Source: Candidatus Kapaibacterium sp. (lineage in GTDB: Bacteria; Bacteroidota; Ignavibacteria; Kapaibacteriales; Kapaibacteriaceae). From it: DNA of 64,000 bases. The translations under genes and the position numbers were made by a program. Where the stretch lies: assembly GCA_044345485.1 (NCBI GenBank), contig JBIJAX010000001.1, forward strand, positions 25,452 through 89,451, read 5' to 3'. A model generated the notes under the pieces. That model did no database searches and had not been told where the DNA came from. It worked only from the letters and a program-made list of their open reading frames with translations. How positions within the stretch are numbered: the first letter of the stretch is position 1; the number at the start of each line of letters is the position of its first letter. Below are positions 30,848-41,058 of the stretch, piece after piece.

Positions 30848-31630
30848 CTACCAATTTGAACCAATTGACAGCGTTATGAAAAGCCCGTTAAAGTTGGTCA
30901 TTGGCAGATTACGGAGACTTTCAACGCCTGGCTCACCATATGGAATGATGAAGTAGCGAACACTTACACCAAATGCACTTCCCTTTTCGAGGCTTCCAAA
31001 ATTCGAGCCAATACCTACAAAGCCGCCAGGACGATAGGACGTTGATGCATGCGCGAACGACTCAAAGAACTCATAATACCGGTACTCATACGTTGACGCG
31101 TCGATCTGCAAGTATGGTGTTACCATGACGGCAGTTGCCGTGGCCCCCGCAGTTAGAAATGGCCTAAAAGACTCCTGCAACGACTCTTCGAACAGTCTAT
31201 ATCGCAGCGATAGACTCAACGGCACGTTAAACACCCTATTGACCTTCTCGCTTACAACTGGGATGTTGTTGAAATACACGTCTTCAAACTCATCCGCATT
31301 GCGTCGCGTGGTAAAGAAAGCGTCGATACTCACCGAAAACGACGCCCCCAAGTCCTTCGTGTAGAAGCCGCCAACCGCCCATCCGCTGCCCGAGAACAGG
31401 AGATTTACACCAGCCCCCTGACTGGCAAGTACAGTCCTAGCCTCTTCACCGATCAGTGGGACTACTGGAGTGAACGTAATTGTGGAATCCTGCACCACAG
31501 GCCCACCGCCAGCCACTTGCGCTGTAAGAACCGATGGGAAGGGGCTTTGTAGGCATATCACCAGAAGCAAAAAGCCTATTCCGCGGATGTATTTACGGTG
31601 TTGGGACATTTTCAGTACAAAGCTACGCAC
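30848..31630 (-). CDS. outer-membrane beta-barrel protein (hypothetical)
   Basis: It has a signal peptide, alternating amphipathic strands and a C-terminal aromatic residue (…LSIGSNW). Confidence 0.45.
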   Translation of the reverse strand: MRSFVLKMSQHRKYIRGIGFLLLVICLQSPFPSVLTAQVAGGGPVVQDSTITFTPVVPLIGEEARTVLASQGAGVNLLFSGSGWAVGGFYTKDLGASFSVSIDAFFTTRRNADEFEDVYFNNIPVVSEKVNRVFNVPLSLSLRYRLFEESLQESFRPFLTAGATATAVMVTPYLQIDASTYEYRYYEFFESFAHASTSYRPGGFVGIGSNFGSLEKGSAFGVSVRYFIIPYGEPGVESLRNLPMTNFNGLFITLSIGSNW

Positions 31631-31685
31631 GATGTCGATGTGGATAACATTGCTAATCCTTTCAATTTCTGTAGTTTAGCCGTTC

Positions 31686-32492
31686 ATGACCCTTCCCGAA
31701 TTTCTCCATCGCGTCCAGCAGATCCTCCCGCCAGCAACAGCCATGCCGGGAGATCCCATTGGTACGCAAGTGGCCTCATCGACCGGAAACGTGTCTGTGG
31801 TCCTGACCTGCATGGAGATTACCGATAGCGTCATTGATGAAGCTTTGAGCCTGGGCTGCGATGCTATCGTAACGTTTCACCCGCTGATTTATGCTCCATT
31901 AACGGCAATAGCAGGTCAAGACAGGGTGGCGCGACTCATCGCACGGCTTGTGCGCGCAGACATTTCCGTAGTATCTGTGCATACAACCTTTGACGCGTTC
32001 CCGCAGGGTACGAATGCCATTCTTGCGAACAAACTGGGCCTTACGATTGACCGTCCCCTGCAGGCAGTCCCCACTTCTACCGACATTAACCGGGCTGAGG
32101 AATATGGGATTGGACTGTTAACGTCCTGCAGCATGGAGTTCCAAGAGTTACTCGAACGTATTGCTGGCATTACCGGTGCACCTGTTCGGTTTTCCAAGCC
32201 AACTAGCAACACAGTATCCCGTGTGGCTATCGTTGCAGGTAGCGGAATGTCGTTCTATCCCCTCGCCGTCCAATCCAAAGCAGATGTGTTTGTCACGGCT
32301 GACGTGAAGTATCACGACTTTCATGCCGCAACTGGCACGATCGGATTGATTGATCCCGGACATTTTGAGATGGAACAGTTTGTTCCAGATGGAATACTAG
32401 AATCCTTACACTCATTGCGTGAGTCTTGTACATTGATTGCAAGCAGCGTTCGCACCTCACCAGTTGAGTACTATACCCCAACGAACAATTGA
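31686..32492 (+). CDS. Nif3-family dinuclear metal center protein (GTP cyclohydrolase 1 type 2 homolog)
   Basis: It has the NIF3 N-terminal motifs and the expected length. The COG1579 zinc-ribbon partner gene lies immediately downstream. Confidence 0.75.
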   Translation: MTLPEFLHRVQQILPPATAMPGDPIGTQVASSTGNVSVVLTCMEITDSVIDEALSLGCDAIVTFHPLIYAPLTAIAGQDRVARLIARLVRADISVVSVHTTFDAFPQGTNAILANKLGLTIDRPLQAVPTSTDINRAEEYGIGLLTSCSMEFQELLERIAGITGAPVRFSKPTSNTVSRVAIVAGSGMSFYPLAVQSKADVFVTADVKYHDFHAATGTIGLIDPGHFEMEQFVPDGILESLHSLRESCTLIASSVRTSPVEYYTPTNN

Positions 32493-32525
32493 GAAACAAA
32501 CCGGTTTAACTACGAAGGGACTTCC

Positions 32526-33269
32526 ATGGAACAACAAATTCAGCTTTTGGCACAACTTGCAGCCGTAGACTCGCAACTTGATGAACTGCACGACGAACTT
32601 GGCGACCTCCCACAGGAAGTGAAGAAACTCGAGGGCCTTGTTAAGGAACGCCTTACCGACGTAGAAACCACGCAGCAGGCCATCGCTGACTTGGATCATC
32701 TCCGAGGCACAGCACATGTCACGATGCAAGAAAGTCAGGACAAGGAACAGCGCCTTGCAAAGCAGCAGTTCCAGGTGAAGAACAATCGTGAATTTGATGC
32801 CATTACGAAAGAGATCGAGCACCTCAAGCATGAACGCGCAACACTCGAGGAACGCCTTCGCACAGCAGGTGTTCGCGAAGAGAACCTTCGTCAGACGCTC
32901 GCCCAGCAAGAGACACTCCTAACTGATGCACAGTCAAAGCTCACCGATAAGGAGCAAGAGCTCGCAGATCTCAGTGGAGATCATAACGATGAGATGAGAA
33001 AGTACATTGATGTTCGCCTCAAGCTCATCGCCAAGCTCGATGACTCAATCGAAGTTGAATATGAGCGCATCCGACAGTTTCATTCAAATGCTGCCGTAGC
33101 TATACGCCGCAATTCCTGCAGTGGTTGTTATTCGGCAATCCCATCGCAGCGGATCATGGAGATGAAGTACCAGCGTGATAAAATGTACACATGCGAAAAC
33201 TGCGGACGAATTCTGTTTACAGATGATGTCGAAGCAGAGATCGATGCAGTCATGGAAGAACACAGTTAA
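32526..33269 (+). CDS. coiled-coil C4 zinc-ribbon protein (COG1579 family)
   Basis: A long coiled coil is followed by the C-terminal zinc ribbon CSGC...17 aa...CENC. This is the classic nif3 neighbour. Confidence 0.7.
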   Translation: MEQQIQLLAQLAAVDSQLDELHDELGDLPQEVKKLEGLVKERLTDVETTQQAIADLDHLRGTAHVTMQESQDKEQRLAKQQFQVKNNREFDAITKEIEHLKHERATLEERLRTAGVREENLRQTLAQQETLLTDAQSKLTDKEQELADLSGDHNDEMRKYIDVRLKLIAKLDDSIEVEYERIRQFHSNAAVAIRRNSCSGCYSAIPSQRIMEMKYQRDKMYTCENCGRILFTDDVEAEIDAVMEEHS

Positions 33270-33279
33270 GTAAAAAGGT

Positions 33280-33665
33280 CAGCGATCAGCGTGGATTGTT
33301 TTTCGGGGATGCCGGGCAGTTGCCTTGAGAACTATCTCAGGGAGGAAAGTCCGAACTCCACAGAACAGTGCGCTTCCTAACAGGAAGGTGGTAAGGGGCG
33401 GAGCGATCCGTTTCGAGCCAACGGAAAGTGCAACAGAAAGATACCGCCTTGGGCTCTGCATGCAGGGCCTGAGGTAAGGGTGAAATGGCAGGGTAAGAGC
33501 CTACCATCGATTAGGCAACTAATCGGATCGGCAAACCCCGCACGGAGCAAGACCAAGCAGGGCAAGGAACACTCGTGTTAACGTGCTGTTCGTGCGTTTA
33601 CCCCCAGGGGTAACCTTGTTCGGGTAGGTTGCTAGAGGTCAGCGGCGACGCTGATCCCAGATAAA
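33280..33665 (+). ncRNA. rnpB: RNase P RNA (bacterial type A)
   Basis: The universally conserved GGAAAGUCCG-AACUCC (P4 5' strand) and ACAGAAA motifs are present. The P1 helix is formed by 5' GAUCAGCG (33286-93) and 3' CGCUGAUC (33650-57). The region lies in a 540-nt gap with no ORF. Confidence 0.8.
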
Positions 33666-33812
33666 TAACTGCCTCCTCGCTCTGCGAGAAGACAGAATTC
33701 GGCTTACAGGCATCTCCGATTACAATCACGCAGTCGCGCAGTAGTTTTGCAGGAACGTCGGAACCATTCGGGACCGCATGGCGTATGCACTGACACACTT
33801 GGAGAGCGCTTC

Positions 33813-34301
33813 ATGAAACGAATCATTGCCCCATTGTTGCTCACATTCATCCTGGGAGCCATCTGCGCTGCTGCTCAAGCGCGTATCGCCGTACTTCCGT
33901 TCAGAAACATGGACCACGACATCAAGTACAACGTCTGGTGCATTCAGTTTTCAGACTCACTTCGCAGTGCTTTGTTGGCGCAAGACCCTGATGCGGCCAA
34001 GTACTACATTGTGCCGGCTGATAGTGTCGAGATGGCAATTGCGGCCCTCAATTTGGACCCCACAAATCCTCAGTACGAATCGGACATGTGGAAAGCCGTG
34101 CGTGGCCTAGGTGTAAAAAAGGCTGTACAGGGTAACTTTCAGTTACGTGGCGAGCGAGTACTGATTAATTGCTACGTCTATGACATGGAATCGATGTTAG
34201 CAGACCAAACGAATCAGGCAAAAGATCTCTACAAGATGCCAACAACATATCTCGAGGCAATACGACCTATCGTCAAACGAATCACCCCAGCACTTCAATA
34301 G
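33813..34301 (+). CDS. hypothetical secreted protein
   Basis: A signal peptide MKRIIAPLLLTFILGAICAAAQA is followed by a mature protein of about 140 aa. I recognise no domain. Confidence 0.4.
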   Translation: MKRIIAPLLLTFILGAICAAAQARIAVLPFRNMDHDIKYNVWCIQFSDSLRSALLAQDPDAAKYYIVPADSVEMAIAALNLDPTNPQYESDMWKAVRGLGVKKAVQGNFQLRGERVLINCYVYDMESMLADQTNQAKDLYKMPTTYLEAIRPIVKRITPALQ

Positions 34302-34328
34302 CACTTAACCTCGGAAACAAACCAGTTT

Positions 34329-35204
34329 ATGATACTCGACCTGCCTGTTATCACCCCGCAAGAGCAACAAGCCAGACGTCCAGAATGGCTCAAGGTACGT
34401 GCACCCGGCGGTGAAGATTACGCCCGCATCAAGTCGATGATGCGCTCAAAGGCATTACACACGGTATGCGAAGAAGCACGCTGCCCAAATATCACAGAAT
34501 GTTGGAATGCAGGTACTGCCACGTTCATGATTCACGGCGACACCTGCACAAGATCATGTGGCTTCTGTGCTGTAAAAACTGGCCGCCCCCTACCGGTTGA
34601 TTACGATGAGCCCAGACGGGTTGCCGAAGCTATTGCTTCCATGAATCTCAAGCACGCTGTAATTACGTCTGTAAACAGAGACGAGTTAAAAGACGGCGGC
34701 TCCACAATTTGGGCTGAGACGATTGTGCTCTCTCGCGAATTGTCTCCAGAAACAACCATCGAAGTACTAGTTCCCGATTTCAAGGGGAACATGGCCAACC
34801 TTCAACGAATCATTGATGCTAGGCCTGACATTCTGAATCACAATACAGAAACCGTTCCTCGCTTGTATAAGCATGTACGTCCGCAAGGTCGGTTTCAGTG
34901 GACGTTAGACGTACTTGCCGAATCAAAGCGGCAAGGAATGAGAACGAAGACTGGCATCATGCTTGGACTTGGAGAAACTCCCGCTGAGATCATGGAAGTG
35001 ATGAACGAGCTCGCCGCTGTGAAGGTTGATGTCCTCACACTAGGCCAGTATCTTCAACCAACAAAGAACCATCTGCCTGTTGATCGTTTCGTGCATCCTG
35101 ATGAGTTCAAACACTACGAGATAGAAGGCCTTACCATGGGATTCAATATCGTAGAGTCTGGTCCACTTGTGCGTAGCTCCTATCACGCCGAACGCCACGT
35201 ATGA
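34329..35204 (+). CDS. lipA: lipoyl synthase
   Basis: CEEARCPNITEC and the radical-SAM motif CTRSCGFC identify LipA. Confidence 0.9.
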   Translation: MILDLPVITPQEQQARRPEWLKVRAPGGEDYARIKSMMRSKALHTVCEEARCPNITECWNAGTATFMIHGDTCTRSCGFCAVKTGRPLPVDYDEPRRVAEAIASMNLKHAVITSVNRDELKDGGSTIWAETIVLSRELSPETTIEVLVPDFKGNMANLQRIIDARPDILNHNTETVPRLYKHVRPQGRFQWTLDVLAESKRQGMRTKTGIMLGLGETPAEIMEVMNELAAVKVDVLTLGQYLQPTKNHLPVDRFVHPDEFKHYEIEGLTMGFNIVESGPLVRSSYHAERHV

Positions 35205-35974
35205 TGCGTTTTACGGTGCTTGGCAGCGGAACCTCCACTGGAGTTCCAACTGTGGCATGTGAGTGTGCTACCTGCACGAGCAGTGACAAGCGAGATTCAC
35301 GATTACGCACATCGTTGATGGTAAGCTCGGAGGCGGCCACGATAGTCGTTGACACGTCTGCCGATTTCCGTCAGCAAATGCTCGCGAACAACGTTCTTGA
35401 TATCGACGCCGTTGTGTATACGCATCACCATTTCGATCACATCGGTGGATTTGACGATCTGCGCCCATACGGTTTTCGAAGTGGGAAGCCGGTAGAGATC
35501 TATGCTATGAACGAAACAGCAAACGTTTTGCGCAGCACGTTCCCCTATGCCTTCGGACTCGTGGAATCAACCGGTGCGTCGGTACCGAGCGTAATGATAC
35601 ATGAAATTGACATGGACCCATTTCATGTCTCAGATATTCAGGTGGTGCCGGTTCCATTGCGGCACGGGCGGCATCTACGTGTGAATGGCTATCGCTTTGG
35701 ATCGGTTGCCTATTGCACGGACACCAACCACATCCCCGAAACGTCAATCGAAGAACTTCGAGACCTAGACGTATTGATCATTGATGGCTTGCGTTGGGAA
35801 CCACACCCAACACACTTTACGATCGACGAATCTCTGGCATTAGTTGAAATACTACGTCCAAAACGTACGTACCTCACGCATATCGCGCATCAAATCCTGC
35901 ACGAACGAGACAGCAAGCTTTTGCCAGAAGGGGTGAGCTTTGCCTATGACGGACTCGTCATTGAATCTGATTGA
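35201..35974 (+). CDS. MBL-fold metallo-hydrolase, PhnP-like (N-terminal Cys-x-Cys-x2-Cys zinc site)
   Basis: ACECATC and HTHHHFDHIGG are the PhnP-like signatures. It shares an ATGA overlap with lipA. Confidence 0.65.
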   Translation: MMRFTVLGSGTSTGVPTVACECATCTSSDKRDSRLRTSLMVSSEAATIVVDTSADFRQQMLANNVLDIDAVVYTHHHFDHIGGFDDLRPYGFRSGKPVEIYAMNETANVLRSTFPYAFGLVESTGASVPSVMIHEIDMDPFHVSDIQVVPVPLRHGRHLRVNGYRFGSVAYCTDTNHIPETSIEELRDLDVLIIDGLRWEPHPTHFTIDESLALVEILRPKRTYLTHIAHQILHERDSKLLPEGVSFAYDGLVIESD

Positions 35975-36837
35975 TCTTCATCTTCAGAGGCTTGCTCCCA
36001 GTATGCGCCTGATGTAGCCTCACTCACAGGATCTTCTTGAGAAGGCGCATGCTCCCCATCGAGAAGCAATGCAAGCTGCTTGCGGAGCGTTCTGTGATCC
36101 GTCTGGATGGAGATTGTCTCATCCATGTCAATCATTGTTGTTGTTGTCTTGAGCAGGTCATCAATCTCACGCAGCTTAGGCAGGTCCGACAACGAATTCA
36201 ACCCAAATACTCGAAGAAACTCTTCTGTGGTTCCATAGAGAAGGGGCTTCCCTGGGGTTTCTGCTCTGCCAACCATTGCAACAAGCTGTTTCTCAACAAG
36301 TGAGTTCACAACCTCGCCAGCATTTACGCCACGAATAGCGTCGATCTCACCCTTTGTGATAGGCTGCCTGTACGCAATAATTGCAATTGTCTCCATTGCA
36401 GCTTGCGTAAGGCGTTTGCGGTTCTTCGCCTTAAGAAGCCTCTGAACAAGGTTACCGTGCTGCGGCGTCGTTGCGAACTGAAAGCCCCCTGCAATCTTAA
36501 CGACTCGATACGGACGAGATGAACGTTCTAGGTCGTCGTTGATCTCATCTACGAGCTCTTCAAAAAAGCCCTTCGGTACATCGAATGTTGGCACAACAAC
36601 TTCAGGCACAGCTGGTGCATCTCCATCAAGCGGCAGCTGCTGTTGTCCGGGATCCTGTTGCGTAGGATCTTCCAAGACAAGTAAGCGGTGCAGTGACCGA
36701 TTTGATAGCGGCTCTTCACTTGCAAAAATCAGTGCTTCAAGCGCACGTATCTGTTCACTGCGGTCAAGGGTAAAAAAGTACGGCAGCTCGCGGGTAGCTA
36801 CGTCTTGTTCAAACTTTTCTTGTTCTAAATCTGTCAT
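35944..36837 (-). CDS. scpB: segregation and condensation protein B (with acidic C-terminal extension)
   Basis: The winged-helix motifs EALIFASEEPL and AYRQPITKGEIDAIRGVNAGEVV are present, and it lies immediately downstream of scpA. Confidence 0.8.
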   Translation of the reverse strand: MTDLEQEKFEQDVATRELPYFFTLDRSEQIRALEALIFASEEPLSNRSLHRLLVLEDPTQQDPGQQQLPLDGDAPAVPEVVVPTFDVPKGFFEELVDEINDDLERSSRPYRVVKIAGGFQFATTPQHGNLVQRLLKAKNRKRLTQAAMETIAIIAYRQPITKGEIDAIRGVNAGEVVNSLVEKQLVAMVGRAETPGKPLLYGTTEEFLRVFGLNSLSDLPKLREIDDLLKTTTTMIDMDETISIQTDHRTLRKQLALLLDGEHAPSQEDPVSEATSGAYWEQASEDEDQSDSMTSPS

Positions 36838-37619
36838 GGTTGGGTCTCCGAGTCCGAAGCAGACTCTTCATTTGATACTTCTTGTGATTGCTCATCCTCT
36901 TTACGCTCAACGATAACAATATCGTCAAACCGGAGGTCTTGCTGAACGCGAATACGTTGGAGCTTAGCAAGTTCTAACAGCGCCAGGAACGTTACCACGA
37001 TGTGCATCTTGGCGAGTCCGGAAACAAGCTCAAAGAACCGGGCTGCAGTTTTTGACTTGAGGATATGGAGAATTTCTTCAGACTTTTCCTCAACAGTGAT
37101 TGGGAATCGCGTTACAACATGCGGTTCGGCTTTTTCAGGAGCTTTCTCAATCGCACGTTTGAGTGCTTTCAATAGGTCAAAGAGTGTTGCGTTCCTGTAG
37201 GAGCCACTTTCTGATGCATGGATTTCTTCTGCCTCAAATACCTGACGATAGAGAACATACTTCTGGTTCTCCGCAGAAAGCGTTAACGAGTCTGATGCTT
37301 CGCGGTAGCGTTTGTACTCGAGCAGACGTCTAACAAGTTCAGCTCGCGGGTCGTCATCATCAATTGTCCCTGGTGCAACGCCCTGTTTTTCCTCACGTGG
37401 AAGCAGCATCTGCGCCTTGATCTGCACTAGCATCGAGGCCATAACGATGAATTCACCGGCTAACTCGAGATCCAGCATCTCAAGCACCTTTACATACTCA
37501 AGAAACTCTTGAGTAATCGAAGCAATTGGGATGTCATAGATATCGAGCTCGTCTCTCTTGATGAAGAAGAGCAGGAGATCGAGTGGACCTTCAAAATTTT
37601 CAAGGCGTACGCTATACAT
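36834..37619 (-). CDS. scpA: segregation and condensation protein A
   Basis: The N-terminus FEGPLDLLLFFIKRDELDIYDIPIA identifies the ScpA kleisin. Confidence 0.85.
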   Translation of the reverse strand: MYSVRLENFEGPLDLLLFFIKRDELDIYDIPIASITQEFLEYVKVLEMLDLELAGEFIVMASMLVQIKAQMLLPREEKQGVAPGTIDDDDPRAELVRRLLEYKRYREASDSLTLSAENQKYVLYRQVFEAEEIHASESGSYRNATLFDLLKALKRAIEKAPEKAEPHVVTRFPITVEEKSEEILHILKSKTAARFFELVSGLAKMHIVVTFLALLELAKLQRIRVQQDLRFDDIVIVERKEDEQSQEVSNEESASDSETQP

Positions 37620-38796
37620 TCGGCAACTCTGTTATTGTGTTCGTTGGCCCCAGTGTTCCACCTTGATACACCCTCGGCACTCGGGCTGTAATAGCCGTAA
37701 GAATCTCATAGGGGATCGTACCAGCCTTTTCAGCGAGCTCGATTGCATCAATGGCTGCGAATTCCCCGCTTACACCAGATTGTGCTCCGAGTAAAACCAC
37801 TTCCTGGCCAAGCGGAAAATCATCAGCTCCAATATTAACCATTAGCTCGTCCATACAGATAGCCCCAACAACAGGGTACCGTCTGCCATTGATAATACAC
37901 TCAGCATGCCCAGTTAAGCCACGCAGGTATCCATCTCCGTACCCCACAGGAATCGTTACAATCGTACACTCTTCGGACACAACATAGCGCTGTCCGTAAC
38001 TAATCGATTCTCCAGGCCATGCCTTTCGTTTGGAGTTGATTGTTGACCTCAACGACAGCACGGGCCTAAGTGTCGCATCTGGTTCTGCACCAAGAGCATA
38101 GCCGTACAATGACAACCCTGTCCGCACCATCGAAAAGTGCGTCGAACGTTCCATCCACAGCGCCCCAGAATTGGCGGCATGGACATATTCGAATGAGAAT
38201 CCAGCCTCATGCAAGTTTTCTACAACCGACTCAAACGTGCTGAGCTGGTGGCGCAGGAAGGGGCTCGAGGGGTCGTCTGCTGTGGCAAAATGTGTACAGA
38301 CTCCTACAAGTCGCAGACCCGCCATAACTGCAATCTGCTCTGCTGCTGCAAGAGCATGAGTGGGCCGAAACCCCTCACGCATCATACCGGTATCAATATA
38401 GAGATGAACTGGAATAGTAGCCCCCTGACCACTTGCAGCGCGAGAAAGATCTCGCATCTGTTCAACATCACAGGCTACGACATGAAACTGGTGCTTGGCC
38501 ACATCTTCTACCTCATGTGACTCTGTTGGCGTAAGAATGATCACTTCGGTGTCAATTCCGCCATTCCGAAGTTCAACAGCCTCACCAACGAAGGCCGTCC
38601 CCAGCATATGTACACCCAAATCTGTAAGCGCCCGCGCGATGGGGATAATCCCATGCCCGTACGCATTGGCCTTGACCATGCCGAGCATACGTTTCCCACC
38701 TGTTCGCCGTTGAACAGTCTCAACATTCCACTGCAGTGCAGTAAGATCGATGTGGGCTTGCGTGCTTCTCATGATGGTGCTTGGGCGTTTGTCCAT
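37612..38796 (-). CDS. alr: alanine racemase
   Basis: The PLP-Lys motif VKANAYGHG is present and the protein is about 390 aa. Confidence 0.85.
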   Translation of the reverse strand: MDKRPSTIMRSTQAHIDLTALQWNVETVQRRTGGKRMLGMVKANAYGHGIIPIARALTDLGVHMLGTAFVGEAVELRNGGIDTEVIILTPTESHEVEDVAKHQFHVVACDVEQMRDLSRAASGQGATIPVHLYIDTGMMREGFRPTHALAAAEQIAVMAGLRLVGVCTHFATADDPSSPFLRHQLSTFESVVENLHEAGFSFEYVHAANSGALWMERSTHFSMVRTGLSLYGYALGAEPDATLRPVLSLRSTINSKRKAWPGESISYGQRYVVSEECTIVTIPVGYGDGYLRGLTGHAECIINGRRYPVVGAICMDELMVNIGADDFPLGQEVVLLGAQSGVSGEFAAIDAIELAEKAGTIPYEILTAITARVPRVYQGGTLGPTNTITELPNV

Positions 38797-39797
38797 TCGA
38801 AAATCTCTCGCAATTGCGGTGGCACCATCCCAGCTCCGAGAGCACAGAGCAGCTTTATTCTGGCTTTTTGTCCGTTTAAGTAATCAGCAAAAACAACGCC
38901 TGCCTCATAGAGGTGACGCCCAGCACCTTCGTATGCATACATATGCTCTACCCTACCAACCGGACACCTCGAAACAAGAACAACAGGAATTCCAGACGTC
39001 AGGACATCGCGTATTGCATAGAACACGCTTGGTGTGACGTTCCCTACACCAAATGCTTCGATAACGAACCCGTTAGCCCCTTGCTCACGACACATAGAGA
39101 TCAATTGTCCGTCCATTCCGGCGTAGAGTTTAAGAAGCGGCACGAATGTGGGTAGTTGCGCAACACGAAAGACCTGCCGATGCTGCGGTTTCCTGTGCAC
39201 GAACACCACGCCATTGGTCACTCGGCCGAGCGGACCGAAATCGAAACTTGCGAATGTAGATAAGTCTTCAGTGTTCGTCTTCGATGTTTCGGAAGCCGCA
39301 GTGATGACCCCGCCAAGACACACAACTACACCTAGGCCATGGAGAAGCGCGGAAGAAGCGGCAGTTACTGCATCGCGCAAGTTTCGAGGACCGTCCCAGT
39401 CGGGTTCACTGCTGTTTCGCATGGCACCGACAACAACAACCGGTTTCGTGGTCTCTACCGTAGAGTCAAGGAAATACGCGGTTTCTTCAAGCGTATCCGT
39501 CCCGTGCGTTACGATCACCCCGTCTGTTAAAGGATCGTCAACATACGTCTGGACGATTCGTGACAGCTCGAGCATATGATTCGGCGTAATGTGCGGTCCT
39601 GGGAAGGATCCAAACTCATGCACTGTAACATGCGCCAGCTGTTGTATCTCCGGGATTCGAACGAGAATCTCACCACCCGACATGCTGGGCACAACTCCGC
39701 CCCACTCTTTGTCGAGCGTAGACGCAATCGTACCGCCGGTAAAAACAATAACGAGATGTGGTTTAGTCTGTTCCAACGAAGCGCAACTTTCAAGCAC
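38769..39797 (-). CDS. L-asparaginase (type I)
   Basis: VIVFTGGTIAS and VVTHGTDTLEETAYFL are asparaginase motifs. The start appears to be GTG. Confidence 0.75.
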   Translation of the reverse strand: MLESCASLEQTKPHLVIVFTGGTIASTLDKEWGGVVPSMSGGEILVRIPEIQQLAHVTVHEFGSFPGPHITPNHMLELSRIVQTYVDDPLTDGVIVTHGTDTLEETAYFLDSTVETTKPVVVVGAMRNSSEPDWDGPRNLRDAVTAASSALLHGLGVVVCLGGVITAASETSKTNTEDLSTFASFDFGPLGRVTNGVVFVHRKPQHRQVFRVAQLPTFVPLLKLYAGMDGQLISMCREQGANGFVIEAFGVGNVTPSVFYAIRDVLTSGIPVVLVSRCPVGRVEHMYAYEGAGRHLYEAGVVFADYLNGQKARIKLLCALGAGMVPPQLREIFEWTNAQAPS

Positions 39798-39896
39798 TGG
39801 TGACCGCGAAGATAGAGATGTGCTTCGTAGTTTTGTAAGAATTGGTTGCCCTCAGCGCGGCAACATTATCAACATCGAATACAAAGGATCAATGAC

Positions 39897-41027
39897 ATGA
39901 GCTCCGAAACACTTGATGCACCAAGCGTTGCCGTAGCTGATGACTTCCTGCCGATCAACGGTACGGATTACATCGAGATCTACTGCGGCAATGCTAAGCA
40001 GTCATCGTATTTCTACCGTGCTGCATTTGGATTTCAATTGGTCGCATATGCAGGACCCGAAACTGGACTCCGTGATCGTGCATCGTACGTTCTTCAGCAA
40101 GGTAAGATTCGACTTGTATTAACAACACCACTTCACTCAAACAGCCCCATTACAGACCATATCGCTAAACATGGCGATGGTGTAAAGGTGCTTGCTCTGT
40201 GGGTAGATAGTGCCACAGCCGCATGGGAAGCTACCACACAGCGTGGAGCGGTTGGTGTGCAAGAACCTACCGTTCTTACTGATGAGCACGGAGAGATCGT
40301 TGTTGCATCAATCAAAACATACGGCGACACGATCCACACGTTCGTTGAACGAAAGAACTATCGCGGCGTTTTCATGCCTGGTTATCAACCTGCCAATGAT
40401 GGTTTCATCACTGAACCAATAGGCTTACTACACGTTGATCACTGTGTTGGCAACGTGGAGCTCGGCCAAATGAACAATTGGGTAAAGTTCTATGAAGACG
40501 TCATGGGGTTCAAGCTGCTACTCACATTCGACGACAGTGACATCTCGACTGAATATTCTTCTCTGATGTCAAAAGTTGTTTCCAACGGCAGTGGTTATAT
40601 CAAGTTCCCTATCAACGAGCCTGCTTCTGGAAAAAAGAAGAGTCAAATCGAAGAATTCATTGAGTTCTACAATGGTCCGGGAGTTCAACACATCGCTGTT
40701 GCAACAAATGATATTCTCCACACAGTCTCGGAACTTCGCCGCAGGGGTGTGCAGTTTCTCACTGTGCCAGACACCTACTACACGGATCTACTTGACCGCG
40801 TCGGGGCAATTGAAGAAGACATCAATGTCCTGCGTAGCCTAAATATCCTCGTAGATCGCGACGATGAAGGGTATCTTCTTCAGATATTCACGAAGCCGAT
40901 CGAGGATCGACCGACGATGTTCTTCGAGATCATTCAACGGCGCGGGGCAAAATCATTCGGCAAAGGAAACTTTAAGGCGTTGTTCGAGTCGATTGAACGC
41001 GAACAAGCCCTTCGAGGTAATCTCTAA
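39897..41027 (+). CDS. hppD: 4-hydroxyphenylpyruvate dioxygenase
   Basis: Two VOC domains are present, with the HPPD C-terminal motif ...GNFKALFESIEREQALRGNL. I take the start at an internal ATG preceded by AAAGGA. Confidence 0.85.
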   Translation: MSSETLDAPSVAVADDFLPINGTDYIEIYCGNAKQSSYFYRAAFGFQLVAYAGPETGLRDRASYVLQQGKIRLVLTTPLHSNSPITDHIAKHGDGVKVLALWVDSATAAWEATTQRGAVGVQEPTVLTDEHGEIVVASIKTYGDTIHTFVERKNYRGVFMPGYQPANDGFITEPIGLLHVDHCVGNVELGQMNNWVKFYEDVMGFKLLLTFDDSDISTEYSSLMSKVVSNGSGYIKFPINEPASGKKKSQIEEFIEFYNGPGVQHIAVATNDILHTVSELRRRGVQFLTVPDTYYTDLLDRVGAIEEDINVLRSLNILVDRDDEGYLLQIFTKPIEDRPTMFFEIIQRRGAKSFGKGNFKALFESIEREQALRGNL

Positions 41028-41058
41028 CAAACTTTTGTTTCACCTACACAGCCGGCAT

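Noticed and set aside
33279-33798. Three small minus-strand ORFs in the 540-nt gap
   Set aside because: The region is explained by RNase P RNA.
40864-41058. N-terminal 65-aa extension of the gdh ORF overlapping hppD
   Set aside because: The extension is Arg/Ser-rich low complexity and overlaps the hppD 3' end in another frame. The conserved GDH N-terminus begins at the internal Met at 41059.
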